64,000 nucleotides of DNA from an uncultured delta proteobacterium (GTDB lineage: Bacteria > Desulfobacterota > Binatia > Binatales > Binataceae): contig CAWCDG010000004.1 in the NCBI GenBank assembly GCA_963794325.1, positions 320,001-384,000 of the forward strand. Reading direction: 5' to 3'. Position 1 is the stretch's first letter. Each line of letters starts with the position of its first letter. The translations under genes were made by a program, and so were the position numbers. Of the stretch, positions 32,482 to 42,626 are shown one piece after another. The notes under the pieces are model-generated. The model saw only the letters and a list, made by a program, of their open reading frames with translations. It had not been told where the DNA came from and did not search any database.

Positions 32482-32709
32482 GTGGCTTTTATGGAACGGG
32501 TTGAAGTGGTTGGCGGCAACGTTTTCATTCTCCGGACTCGCCAGTTGAGTCCCGACTGGTGGTGCTGCGATCTTTACGAGCGGGTCGAAACCGAAGCCGG
32601 CGTCGAAGCCTTCGTGCTCGAGGATTTCGGTCAATCAGAAATCGAGGCTATCGGGATGGCGCTGAGCGACGCGCACGAGCCCAACCACATCCAGCATCAT
32701 CATCACTGA
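32482..32709 (+). CDS. Small acidic hypothetical protein with His-rich tail
   Basis: GAGGAG RBS before GTG, host-like codon usage, fills the intergenic gap. Confidence 0.6.
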   Translation: MAFMERVEVVGGNVFILRTRQLSPDWWCCDLYERVETEAGVEAFVLEDFGQSEIEAIGMALSDAHEPNHIQHHHH

Positions 32710-32735
32710 TTCGCAGCGCGCTGATCGGTGAAAGA

Positions 32736-34412
32736 TCAAATTTTTCCCGCCGACGGCAGAATCTTCTGCCGCTCGTAATCCGCAGTCACGGTATCGATTG
32801 TGTCCGCCTGCTCGACTGACTTGTCGTCCCGGATGCGCACGATGCGCGCGAATCGCAACGCCATGCCGGCGTCGTAATTCGGACTGCGCTGGATATCGTT
32901 GTAAGCAACTTCGACGACGACCTCGGGGCGAACGGTCACCACGCCGTGTGACTCCGCGGTCTTGAGCGCGAGCAGTCGCTCGGTCATCGCGCGGAACTGC
33001 TCGTCGTTCAGACCCTTGAAGGTTTTGCCGAGCATCGCGAATCCGCCGCTCTTGTCGCGCGCTGCGAGATGGTAATTGGACAGCCAACCGTGACGGCGTC
33101 CGTAGCCCCACTCCGCCGCGATGATCACCAGGTCGAGTGTGCGGGTGTGCTTTATTTTCAACCATCCGCGACCGCGCGCGCCCGGCGTGTACGCGCTCGC
33201 CAGCGACTTCGCCATCACGCCCTCATATCCGGCGGCGACCGCCTCCGCGTAAAACTTTTCGGCGCGGGCAAGGTCCGGCCTGACGATTCGTTCGACAATC
33301 TCCAGCGCGGCTGACGACTGCAATTCCTCGAGCATCGAAATTCTCTCCGCCCACGGACGATCGATCGTCAGCGTGCCGTCGAGCGCGAGCACATCGAATA
33401 CGTACAGTTTCAACGGTTGATCGACTCGCGCTTTCTCGACGTCGCGCGTGCGTCCAAAGCGTCGCATCAGGTCCTGAAACGCTGCCGGCCGCCCCGCGGC
33501 GTCAACCCCGATCACCTCGCCGTCGAGAATCGCGTGACGCGCGCCGATTCGATTCACGACCTCGACGACATCGGGAATGCTTTCGGTGATCTCGTTCAGC
33601 CGGCGCGAGAAAATTCGTACTTCGCCGTCCGTCGCATGATGGATCTGCACGCGCGCGCCATCGAGCTTGTGTTCGAACGATAGCTCCGGGCCAAGCGTGG
33701 CGAACGCTTCCGCGATATCGCCAACCGGAAACGCGAGCATCGGCTTGAGCGGCTTGACGGCGTCAGAAGATTTGTCGGCAACTAACTGCTCCGCGCCGGC
33801 CGGCGATCGAATCATTCGCACCACGCGGCCGAGGTCAGCCTCCAGCATGTGAATCCGGCGAACTTCAGTGACAGGGCGCGCGCTCATTTTTGCGATCGCC
33901 TCGAGCATCAATCCCTCGCTGACGCCATGGCGCATCTCACCGATCAGAATCTTCGCGACGTACTTGCCTTCGAACGACGACGCGCGCGCGAACAGCTCGC
34001 GCAGCGCGTCGAGCTTGCGCTTGCGCGCGTGACGTCCTTCTATCGCGGCTATCTCCGCAAATTTTTGGTTGAGCTCGCGAATCGTAAGCGTGGGTTCCGG
34101 TTCGGCGGCGCGGAGCTTGAGCGTCATCTCGACCGCCTCGCCGAAGTCCTCGGCGGCGGTGAAGATATCTTCGCCCTGGTCAGCGCTGTCGGTCATCTCG
34201 GCGACGATTTTCCAGATGGCGCGGCCACTAATCTGCAGGCGCTTCTCCTCGCCCTGCTCGACCGCGCGTCCGACCATAAATCGCGCCGCGATCTCGGCTT
34301 CGTCGATATCGAGCGAGGCGAGGAACGTCCCAACCTCTTCGGCCATCTGCAGCCGGCTCTGCGTCTGGCTGAGCGATTGGCAGACGTTCGCGAAATCGTA
34401 AAACGAAGGCAC
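32736..34412 (-). CDS. ATP-dependent DNA ligase (LigB/archaeal-like)
   Basis: PLKPMLA, EHKLDGARVQIH, LDGEV, EGVMAK, WLKIK, ALRFARIVRIRDDK. Probable GTG start at 34412. Confidence 0.93.
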   Translation of the reverse strand: MPSFYDFANVCQSLSQTQSRLQMAEEVGTFLASLDIDEAEIAARFMVGRAVEQGEEKRLQISGRAIWKIVAEMTDSADQGEDIFTAAEDFGEAVEMTLKLRAAEPEPTLTIRELNQKFAEIAAIEGRHARKRKLDALRELFARASSFEGKYVAKILIGEMRHGVSEGLMLEAIAKMSARPVTEVRRIHMLEADLGRVVRMIRSPAGAEQLVADKSSDAVKPLKPMLAFPVGDIAEAFATLGPELSFEHKLDGARVQIHHATDGEVRIFSRRLNEITESIPDVVEVVNRIGARHAILDGEVIGVDAAGRPAAFQDLMRRFGRTRDVEKARVDQPLKLYVFDVLALDGTLTIDRPWAERISMLEELQSSAALEIVERIVRPDLARAEKFYAEAVAAGYEGVMAKSLASAYTPGARGRGWLKIKHTRTLDLVIIAAEWGYGRRHGWLSNYHLAARDKSGGFAMLGKTFKGLNDEQFRAMTERLLALKTAESHGVVTVRPEVVVEVAYNDIQRSPNYDAGMALRFARIVRIRDDKSVEQADTIDTVTADYERQKILPSAGKI

Positions 34413-34464
34413 GAAGCAGATTAATGCCGCCCGCGCCCCCTCGCGCAAGCGCCGCGAGATTTGC

Positions 34465-35256
34465 CTACGCTGCTATCGGGTGCGACTTAACGAACGGCAG
34501 AAATACTTTCAGAAATTCGCCGCGGGCATCTGACATGAACGCGTGGCCGACACCCGGGATGATCTGCAACTTCGCGCCGGGGATCTGCGCCGCGAGAATC
34601 TCGGAGTTCTTCGCCGGGATCAGCACGTCCTCGGCTCCCGTCACGACCAGCGTCGGCGTCTTGATTTGCGGCAGCCGCTCGAAAGTCTTCAGCGTGTAAG
34701 TCGCTTCGAGCTGGCGCTGGAACGCGAACGGCGGCGTCGGATATTTGAGCAGGCGCGGGATCGTAGCTTCGAGCACGTCGCGATGCTCCGCGATGTATTT
34801 CGCCGTATGCCCCAGCGGCCATCCGCGGCGAATTACATCCTCCGGCGCAACGCCTTCGCGTGGCGCAGTCAGAATTTTCAACGACTCGGGCGGCGGCGGC
34901 ACAGAATGCGTACCGCCCGCGGTGGTGCATCCGAGCGTGAGCGTCGCCGTTCGCTTCGGGTGCCGCAGCGCGAACTCCTGCGCGATCATCCCGCCCATCG
35001 ACACGCCAAAAATATGCGCCTGCGGAACGTCGAGCTTGTCCAGCACACTCGCCGCGTCATCGGCGAACATCTCGATCGAGTACGGCGCGTCCGGCTTGTC
35101 GCTCTGCCCGGTGCCGCGATTGTCGAACGTGATCACTCGAAGCGTCCGCCCGAGTTCGGTGATCAGCTCGGGATCCCACGCCGCCGAGCTGGCGCCGAGA
35201 CCCATGATCATCAGGAGTGGATCGCCGCTCCCGGCAACGTCGTAGTGAAGGTTCAT
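34465..35256 (-). CDS. Alpha/beta fold hydrolase
   Basis: FDNRGTGQS, nucleophile GVSMGG, GVGH. Confidence 0.92.
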   Translation of the reverse strand: MNLHYDVAGSGDPLLMIMGLGASSAAWDPELITELGRTLRVITFDNRGTGQSDKPDAPYSIEMFADDAASVLDKLDVPQAHIFGVSMGGMIAQEFALRHPKRTATLTLGCTTAGGTHSVPPPPESLKILTAPREGVAPEDVIRRGWPLGHTAKYIAEHRDVLEATIPRLLKYPTPPFAFQRQLEATYTLKTFERLPQIKTPTLVVTGAEDVLIPAKNSEILAAQIPGAKLQIIPGVGHAFMSDARGEFLKVFLPFVKSHPIAA

Positions 35257-35319
35257 ATCGCCTTATACCTTTTGGATTCTTTGACGGTTCCGCGAACTCG
35301 AATCGCGTCCAACTTGAGC

Positions 35320-36768
35320 TTATCTTCCCGATGCAGCGGCCTTGTCAACGACGTTGTGCTGAACCTTGCTGTGGAAGCGGCCGTAGCTGAAATAGATGAC
35401 GAGTCCGATTAGCAGCCATACGAAAAAACGAATCCACGTCACGATCGGCAGACTCGCCATCAGGTAAACGCAAAACACGACGCCCAGAATCGGCACCAGC
35501 GGCACCAGCGGCGTGCGGAACGGGCGTTTCATATCGGGCTCGACGTGGCGCAAAATCCACACGCCGAAGCATACCAGCACGAAGGCGAACAGCGTGCCGA
35601 TATTGGTCAGCTCCGCGATCTCCTGAATCGGCAGCAGCGCCGCGGTGATTCCAACTGCGAACCCAGTCAGCGTCGTCGGGATATACGGCGTGCGATACTT
35701 CGGATGTATCTTGCTGAAGGCCGGCGGCAGCAAGCCGTCGCGCGACACGGCGAAAAATACTCGCGACTGCCCGAGCATCAGCACCAGCAGCACCGAGGTC
35801 AGGCCCGCGACCGCGCCGAGCGAGATAAATCCCGACAACGCATGCATCCCGCGTAGCACGAAGGCCGACGCCAGCGGCGCGTTCACGTCGATCAGGTGCG
35901 CCGGCACCATCCCGGTCAGCACGGCGGCGACCAGGATATACAGCACCGTGCATACGAACAGCGAGCCGAGGATGCCGAGTGGCAGGTCGCGATTCGGATC
36001 GATGACTTCCTCCGCCGCCGTCGAGACCGCATCGAATCCGATGTACGCGAAGAAAATCACGGCCGCGCCTTTCATCACGCCCGACCATCCCATCGGCGCG
36101 AACGGACTCCAGTTTGCCGGCCTGACGAAAAATGCGCCGACGATGATTACCGCGGCGATCACCACAAGCTTGATTCCCACGATGAACGAATTGATCCGCG
36201 CGCTCTCCGAGATGCCGATGTACAGCACGTATGTGATCAGCATTACGATCAGCAGCGCGGGCAGGTTGATAATCGCGCCGGGCGCCGATCCGGGCGCATT
36301 GGTAATCGCGACCGGCAAATGGATTCCGAGACCGTGCAGGATGACGGTCAGATAGCCTGACCATCCGACTGCCACGGCGGCCGCGCCGACAGCGTATTCG
36401 AGCACGAGGTCCCATCCGATGATCCAGCCGACCAGCTCGCCCATCGTCGCGTACGAATACGAATACGCGCTGCCTGCGACCGGAATCATCGCGGCGAATT
36501 CGGCGTAGCACAGTGCAGCCATCGCGCATGCGAATCCCGACACGACGAACGAGAGCACGATTGCAGGCCCGGCGAATTTTGCCGCGGCGACGCCGGTCAA
36601 CACGAAAATTCCAGCGCCGACGATTGCGCCGATTCCGAGCAACGTGAGATCGAGCGCGCCCAGCGCCCTTTTGAGGCCGCCTTCGTGCAGGCCCGCCTCT
36701 GCCATCAATGCGGACGCCGGCTTGCGCCGGAACATTTGCGCCCGCAGTCCGGTTCCGTTCATCCCCAC
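35320..36768 (-). CDS. APC family amino acid permease
   Basis: LGIGAIVGAGIF, GSAYSY, FFAYIGFDAVSTAAEE, about 12 TM helices. Confidence 0.95.
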   Translation of the reverse strand: MGMNGTGLRAQMFRRKPASALMAEAGLHEGGLKRALGALDLTLLGIGAIVGAGIFVLTGVAAAKFAGPAIVLSFVVSGFACAMAALCYAEFAAMIPVAGSAYSYSYATMGELVGWIIGWDLVLEYAVGAAAVAVGWSGYLTVILHGLGIHLPVAITNAPGSAPGAIINLPALLIVMLITYVLYIGISESARINSFIVGIKLVVIAAVIIVGAFFVRPANWSPFAPMGWSGVMKGAAVIFFAYIGFDAVSTAAEEVIDPNRDLPLGILGSLFVCTVLYILVAAVLTGMVPAHLIDVNAPLASAFVLRGMHALSGFISLGAVAGLTSVLLVLMLGQSRVFFAVSRDGLLPPAFSKIHPKYRTPYIPTTLTGFAVGITAALLPIQEIAELTNIGTLFAFVLVCFGVWILRHVEPDMKRPFRTPLVPLVPILGVVFCVYLMASLPIVTWIRFFVWLLIGLVIYFSYGRFHSKVQHNVVDKAAASGR

Positions 36769-36784
36769 TCCCCCTCGCGCGCTT

Positions 36785-37567
36785 TCACCACGCCTGGTAT
36801 CCGCCGTCCACCGAAATTACCGACCCCGTAACGTAGCTTGATGCGGGACTGGCAAGGAAGATCACCGCGCCGCGAATTTCGTGCGGGAGTCCCAGACGCT
36901 TCATCGGCGTGAACGCTTCCATCCGCTCCTTGTTCGCGGGCTTCGCGATTCCGCCTTCGGTGGCTTCAGTGGGAATCCATCCCGGCGCGATCGCGTTCAC
37001 CAGAATTCCGTAGCCGGCCCATTCGACCGCGAGCTGCCGCGTGAGATTCGCGAGCGCGGCCTTGGTCGCCACGTATGCCGACAGCCGATACACCGAACTC
37101 GCGACCGACGCGTAGATCGAAGCCATGTTGATGATCCGGCCCGGCTGTTTGGTCTCGATCAGTCGGCGCGCGACGCGTTGCGACAGCATCATCGGCGCGG
37201 TCAGATTCACGGCGAGCGTCTCGTCCCACGCCTCGCGCTTGAAGGTCTCAGCGCGCCCGGTCGGCGACACTCCGGCGTTATTCACCAGGATGTCGACGTC
37301 GCCGATGGCAGCCGTCGCTTCGGCCATCACGCGATCGAGGTCGGCCTCGCGCGTCACGTCGGCGCCGATTCCGACGGCTTTGACGCCGTGCGCTTTCGCG
37401 AACTCCTCCGCAAGCTTAGCGACCCGGTCTTTGCGCCGCGCGACGAGCGCGACGTCGGCGCCTGCAATTGCGAGAGCCTTTGCGCATTCGACGCCGAGTC
37501 CCGACGAAGCGCCGGTCACCAGCGCGCGATGTCCGCGAAGAGAGAACAGAGATTCGAGTGAATCCAT
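36785..37567 (-). CDS. SDR family oxidoreductase
   Basis: TGASSGLG, NNAG, YVATK. Confidence 0.93.
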   Translation of the reverse strand: MDSLESLFSLRGHRALVTGASSGLGVECAKALAIAGADVALVARRKDRVAKLAEEFAKAHGVKAVGIGADVTREADLDRVMAEATAAIGDVDILVNNAGVSPTGRAETFKREAWDETLAVNLTAPMMLSQRVARRLIETKQPGRIINMASIYASVASSVYRLSAYVATKAALANLTRQLAVEWAGYGILVNAIAPGWIPTEATEGGIAKPANKERMEAFTPMKRLGLPHEIRGAVIFLASPASSYVTGSVISVDGGYQAW

Positions 37568-38613
37568 CAGTCGCCGAAAACTTCGCCGGCAGCTTGCGCG
37601 GCTGCGGCGACTGCCCGATCGATGTCGTCGCGCGAAATTCCATTGTGAGTCACGGCGCGGAAGGAAGTCGCCTCGCGCGGCGAGAGCAAGACGCCCCGCT
37701 CTTTCATCGCCGCCGCAAACCGCCGCGACGCTTGTGGGTCACCGTCCACGTCGAACACGACCATGTTGGTACGGTTCGCGACCGGGCGCACGTTCAGTCC
37801 CGCGACCAGCGCGAATCCCTGCGCCAGCGCGCGCGCATTCTGATGATCCTCGGCGAGCCGATCGAGCATCGTGGTCAGCGCGACGATTCCCGCCGCCGCA
37901 ATTATTCCCGCCTGCCGCATTCCGCCGCCGAGCACTTTGCGAGTGCGATGCGCGCGCGCGATAAATTCGCGGCTTCCGCATAGCAGCGAGCCCACCGGGC
38001 ATCCGAGTCCCTTCGACAGGCAGAACGAAACCGTATCCGCGTGACTCGCGATTTCCTTCGGCGTGGTCTCGAGCGCGAGCGCTGCGTTGAAGATTCGCGC
38101 GCCGTCGAGATGCAGCGGGATTTTTCTGCGACGTGTAGCCGTCGAAACTTCCGCCATGTGCGACAACTTGATCGGCGCGCCGCCGCATCGGTTGTGCGTG
38201 TTCTCGATCACGACGAGCGACGGCTGCGCAAAATGATCGTCAGCCGGTGTTCCGAGCTCGCGCGACAGCTCATGCGGGTCGAGCTCGCCGTCTTCGCTGT
38301 TGGTGACCGCGGTGAGCACGATGCCTCCCAGAGCCGACGCGCCGCCCGCTTCGTAAAGATTGGTATGCGACTGCGAACCTACGATCGCCTTGGTACCGCG
38401 CGCGCAGTGGGTAAGCATCGCGGCCAGATTACCCATCGTGCCGCTGGGGACGAGCAGCGCGGCGTCCTTGCCCATCATCGATGCCGCCATCGCTTCGAGC
38501 CGGTTCACGGTCGGGTCTTCGCCATAGACGTCGTCGCCGAGATCGGCGCGCGCGATTGCCTCGCGCATCGCGGGGGTCGGCAAGGTTACGGTGTCGCTGC
38601 GCAGATCAATCAC
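37567..38613 (-). CDS. ltaE: Low-specificity L-threonine aldolase
   Basis: IDLRSDTVTLPT, GDDVYGEDPTV, HLDGARIFNA, CLSKGLG. Confidence 0.94.
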   Translation of the reverse strand: MIDLRSDTVTLPTPAMREAIARADLGDDVYGEDPTVNRLEAMAASMMGKDAALLVPSGTMGNLAAMLTHCARGTKAIVGSQSHTNLYEAGGASALGGIVLTAVTNSEDGELDPHELSRELGTPADDHFAQPSLVVIENTHNRCGGAPIKLSHMAEVSTATRRRKIPLHLDGARIFNAALALETTPKEIASHADTVSFCLSKGLGCPVGSLLCGSREFIARAHRTRKVLGGGMRQAGIIAAAGIVALTTMLDRLAEDHQNARALAQGFALVAGLNVRPVANRTNMVVFDVDGDPQASRRFAAAMKERGVLLSPREATSFRAVTHNGISRDDIDRAVAAAAQAAGEVFGD

Positions 38614-38637
38614 GACATGGATACCTGTCGCGCGAGC

Positions 38638-39672
38638 TTATTGGCCTGGAGGATAGAGCGTCGAAACGTTTCCGCTGCTGGTATCGACAACTTCGACGGC
38701 GTTTTCGGTGGTGTCGGAGAAATAGAGTTGCTTGCCGTCGCTGGTGAGGGCGCATCCCGAGCCGATGTGGCCGTTGACCAGCGTCAGCTTGGTCACGGTT
38801 TTGGCACTGAGATCGATTTTACGAATCGAGTGATTGTCGGCGTCGAGCACGTAGAGAAACGCGCCGTCGGTGCATATCGCGCCGGGATTGTTGAACTGCG
38901 CCTGGTTGGCGGGGCCGTCCTTGTCGCCTTCCTCGCCGGTGCCGGCAAGCGTGCTGGTCTGCAGCGACGAGATGTCGATCATGCGGATTATGTCGTTGCC
39001 GGTGTCCGCGACGTAGATAGCTTTTTTATCGACGGCGACTCCGCGCGGGCCGCTGAACAGCGACTTGTCCACGCCGCCTTCGGTCTTGCCCGAGGTGCCG
39101 GCTTGTCCGCCAACGGTTTTGACTTTCATGTCGGCCAGCGTGATGCGCCGGATGGTGCTGTTGCCGCTGTCGGCGACGTACAATGTAGTGCCATCAGTCG
39201 CGATCTGGGTCGGCTGGTTGAAGTGCGCGGCCGAGCCGGTGCCGTCTTCGGTGCCCGAGATATTTGCGGTGCCCGCGATGGTCGTGACGGTTCCGCTGAC
39301 CGTAATCTGGCGAATGTCGGAATTGTTGGTGTCGCAAAGATAGAGATTCTGCCCGTTGATCGTCATGCCGTCAGGGCTGTTGAAGCGCGCCGCGGGACCG
39401 ATGCCGTCGTTGCTGCCTTGCTGGAACAGCGTGCCCGCGACGATGCGCAGCGACTTCGACGCCGCGTCGATCGCCTCGACCGTGTTGTTGCGGCTGTTCG
39501 CAACGTAAACGGCGCGGCCGTCGGTCGCCAGTCCGGCGGGGAAATCCAGCCGCGGCCCTGATTGTGCCTGCAGGCCTTGCATCTCTTGCGCGTGAGCTGG
39601 CGCCACGACGGCGAGAATCGCGAGCGTGACGCCGGAAGCCAGGATCAATTTGAAGTTTGCGGAGACTCTCAT
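38638..39672 (-). CDS. Exported NHL-repeat beta-propeller protein
   Basis: Signal peptide and repeated F..P.G.ATDG..LYVAD..N..IR units. Confidence 0.88.
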   Translation of the reverse strand: MRVSANFKLILASGVTLAILAVVAPAHAQEMQGLQAQSGPRLDFPAGLATDGRAVYVANSRNNTVEAIDAASKSLRIVAGTLFQQGSNDGIGPAARFNSPDGMTINGQNLYLCDTNNSDIRQITVSGTVTTIAGTANISGTEDGTGSAAHFNQPTQIATDGTTLYVADSGNSTIRRITLADMKVKTVGGQAGTSGKTEGGVDKSLFSGPRGVAVDKKAIYVADTGNDIIRMIDISSLQTSTLAGTGEEGDKDGPANQAQFNNPGAICTDGAFLYVLDADNHSIRKIDLSAKTVTKLTLVNGHIGSGCALTSDGKQLYFSDTTENAVEVVDTSSGNVSTLYPPGQ

Positions 39673-39730
39673 ATACGCGACCTCGCTGAATTGTGGGTTA
39701 TCCGCGCCGCTTTACGAATCTTGCCGCAAC

Positions 39731-40597
39731 TTATGGAAAGATCGCTTTGACCACTTCGTCGATCGCGCGCTTGCTGTCGGCCTCGTCGGTGAGCGACCAG
39801 GTGACCGCGACCGTCGCCGCGCGGCGCGGTGCGATTCCCTGGCGGATCAGCTCGCCGGCGTAGATCAGCAGGCGGGTCGAGACGCCTTCTTCCAGACCCG
39901 ACGCCTTCAGATGACGAACCTTCTCGCCCAGTATCGCGAGCTGGTGCGCGATGTCCTGATCGACGCCCGCCTCGTGCGCGATAATCTCGACTTCCTTATC
40001 GGCCGGCGGATAGGTGAACTCGATCGTCACGAAGCGCTGGCGGGTCGAGTGCTTGAGGTTTTTCTGGATGCTCTGGTAGCCGGGATTGTAGGAAATCACC
40101 AGCAGAAATCCTTCGTGCGCCTCGATCGTCTCGCCACGCTTTTCGATCGGCAGAATCCGCCGATGATCCGACAGCGGATGGATCAGCACGGTGGTGTCCT
40201 TGCGGGCCTCGACCACTTCGTCGAGGTAGCAAATCGCGCCGCGCCGCACGGCTTGGGTCAGCGGGCCGTCAACCCATACCGTCTCGTCGGCTTGAATCAG
40301 AAAGCGGCCGACCAGATCGCTGCCGGTGAGATCCTCGTGACAGGCGACGGTGATGAGTTCATTGGGGCCGTTGGGGAGCGACGAAAGCTGATGCGCCATG
40401 TGCTCGACGAAGCGCGTCTTACCACATCCGGTGGGTCCCTTGAGCAGCAAGGGCAGGCGGGCCTTGTACGCGGCGGTGAAGATTTCGACTTCGTCGCCAA
40501 TCGGGAGGTAGAACGGGGCCGCAGACGGGTCGAGATGTTTAACCTCGGGACCCTCGGCCTGCAGCCTGGTGTCGAACTTCTTTAACTCAATCCCCAT
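39731..40597 (-). CDS. CbbQ/NirQ/NorQ family AAA+ ATPase
   Basis: [49 protein letters not shown]. Confidence 0.94.
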   Translation of the reverse strand: MGIELKKFDTRLQAEGPEVKHLDPSAAPFYLPIGDEVEIFTAAYKARLPLLLKGPTGCGKTRFVEHMAHQLSSLPNGPNELITVACHEDLTGSDLVGRFLIQADETVWVDGPLTQAVRRGAICYLDEVVEARKDTTVLIHPLSDHRRILPIEKRGETIEAHEGFLLVISYNPGYQSIQKNLKHSTRQRFVTIEFTYPPADKEVEIIAHEAGVDQDIAHQLAILGEKVRHLKASGLEEGVSTRLLIYAGELIRQGIAPRRAATVAVTWSLTDEADSKRAIDEVVKAIFP

Positions 40598-40691
40598 CGG
40601 TTCCTTCTGGGCATTCGATTGGATGCGTCAAGCCGCGATTCTAAGAGACTTCCGCGCAAGCATTCAAGGCGCGCGGAAGGGGATAAAAAGA

Positions 40692-41022
40692 GTGGGAAGG
40701 GGAAATCACTTTATTTAATGTGAAACCCTGCGCGGGTTTCGCGCTTCCGCGGCAGGGGTGACCCCTGCACCCAGTGAGAATCGCAAAATGGCGAGGACGC
40801 CCTTTTGCTCGAAGGGTCGGGGGGAGGATGGGGGCCGGGAAATTACCTCGCCCATTATTTTACGGGAGAGGTAAGCGTCGGACGCCTCCTCCCTTAACCC
40901 CTTCTAACAGGGACGAAGTCCCGCATCTTCTCTTATTACTGGGTGCAGGGGTCACCCCTGCCGAAGGAAGCGTGAAACCCACCGCGGGTTTCACATTAAA
41001 TAAAGTGATTTACCCTTCCCAC
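40692..41022. mobile_element. MITE/REPIN-like non-coding element with ~85-bp imperfect terminal inverted repeats (family A)
   Basis: 40692-40775 is the imperfect reverse complement of 40938-41022. The arms contain GAAACCC-N5-GGGTTTC and GCAGGGGTGACCCCTGC palindromes, and the interior has nested hairpins. Confidence 0.7.
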
Positions 41023-41024
41023 CG

Positions 41025-42467
41025 TCAGGGGCGGCGTTGATACGTGGCGGTGCCGTCGCGGTTGTCTTTGACGTCGTAGCCGCGGCGCTCGATTTCCTTG
41101 CGCAACTCGTCGGCGAGCGTGAAGTCTTTGGCCTTGCGCGCCGCCGTTCGATTGTCGATCAGTTGCTGCACATCCGGCTCGATCGAACTGGTGCGCGCCG
41201 CGTCGCGATGCTTTTTCAGATCGAGTCCGAGCATCGTGTCGAGCGCCAGCAGCGCCGGCCATGCGCGGAAATCCTTGCGGCGGTAGGCTTCCGCGACCAG
41301 TTCCAGAGCCATCGCAAGCGCCTGCGGGGTGTTCAGGTCGTTGTTAATCGCGTCGTGAAAGCGCTCGTAATACTCGGCCGCCCATCCCGCGGCCTCGACG
41401 CCGTCGGCCGCCGCATCTTCCGGCACGCTGCGCGCGAACTCGCGAAAATAATCGAGATTGCTCTGCGACGCGCGGATCGAATCGTCGCTGAACGCAATCT
41501 CGGATCGGTACTTCGCACCGTAACAAAAAATCCGGAACGCGAGCGGATCGATCCCGGCTGCTCCAAGATCGCTCAGCAGCGGGAACTTGCCCGCACTCTT
41601 GCTGATCTTGGCGCCCTCCTTGCCGACCAGGAACGCATTGTGGACGAAATACCGCGCGAACGGTTGGTGCGTCGCGCTTTCCGATTGCGCAATTTCATTT
41701 TCGTGATGCACCGGGATGTGATCGATGCCGCCGGTGTGAATGTCGATCGTCTCGCCGAGATATTTCATCGCCATCGCGGAGCATTCGATATGCCATCCCG
41801 GATAGCCGCGCCCCCACGGACTGTCCCATTGCATCAGGTGGCCGGGCTGGCCGAGCACCCACAGTGTGAAATCGTGCGGGCTGCGCTTATCGACGGAATG
41901 CTCGAGGCGTTGCGCGGCGTTCTGCTCGTCGAGGCTCTGGCGCGACAGCCGGCCCATCCGATTCTCGCCGCGGTACCGCTCGACGTCGAAATAAACGCCG
42001 CTGTTGGTGACGTAGGCCACGCCGGCGTCGATGATTCTTTTCGTGAGCGCGATCATATCGGCGATGTGATCGGTCGCGCGCGACCATACATGGGGCGGCT
42101 CGATATTCAGCGCGGCGCAATCGCGCTGAAACTGCGCGAGATAAAAGTTCGCGACCTCGAGTGGCGATTTGCCTTGCGCGCGAGCGGTTTTCTCGATCTT
42201 GTCCTCGCCGGCGTCCTCGTCGCTGGTCATGTGCCCGACGTCGGTCACGTTCATCACATGGCGCACCTGGTAGCCGTTGAACTCGAGCGCGCGGCGCAAG
42301 GTATCGACGAAGACGTAGGCACGCATATTCCCGAGGTGCTGCGGCAGATAGACGGTCGGGCCGCATGAGTAGAGCGTCACCTCATTTGGATTGAGCGGGT
42401 GAAATTCCTCGACGGCGCGGGTCAGCGAATTGAAAATGTAGAATGGTTTCACGAGTGCGAGCGTCAA
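41025..42467 (-). CDS. cysS: Cysteine--tRNA ligase
   Basis: YSCGPTVY..HLGN, PWGRGYPGWHIECSAM, DIHTGGIDH..HHENEIAQ, KISKS. Confidence 0.97.
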   Translation of the reverse strand: MTLALVKPFYIFNSLTRAVEEFHPLNPNEVTLYSCGPTVYLPQHLGNMRAYVFVDTLRRALEFNGYQVRHVMNVTDVGHMTSDEDAGEDKIEKTARAQGKSPLEVANFYLAQFQRDCAALNIEPPHVWSRATDHIADMIALTKRIIDAGVAYVTNSGVYFDVERYRGENRMGRLSRQSLDEQNAAQRLEHSVDKRSPHDFTLWVLGQPGHLMQWDSPWGRGYPGWHIECSAMAMKYLGETIDIHTGGIDHIPVHHENEIAQSESATHQPFARYFVHNAFLVGKEGAKISKSAGKFPLLSDLGAAGIDPLAFRIFCYGAKYRSEIAFSDDSIRASQSNLDYFREFARSVPEDAAADGVEAAGWAAEYYERFHDAINNDLNTPQALAMALELVAEAYRRKDFRAWPALLALDTMLGLDLKKHRDAARTSSIEPDVQQLIDNRTAARKAKDFTLADELRKEIERRGYDVKDNRDGTATYQRRP

Positions 42468-42483
42468 GCTTAGCGTGGGCTGG

Positions 42484-42600
42484 GGGAAGGGTAAATCACT
42501 TCATTGAATGTGAAACCCTCCGCGGGTTTCAAACTTCCGCGGCAGGGGTGACCCCTGCACCCGGTATTAATCGCAAAACGGCGAAGACGCCATTTTGCTC
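42484..42600 (+). repeat. Third copy of repeat family A (direct repeat of 40694-40810)
   Basis: GGGAAGGGTAAATCAC...GCAGGGGTGACCCCTGCACCC...TTTTGCTC is colinear with the left arm. Confidence 0.85.
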
Positions 42601-42626
42601 TGTTCTTTTGGGAGTGGGCTTCTTGC

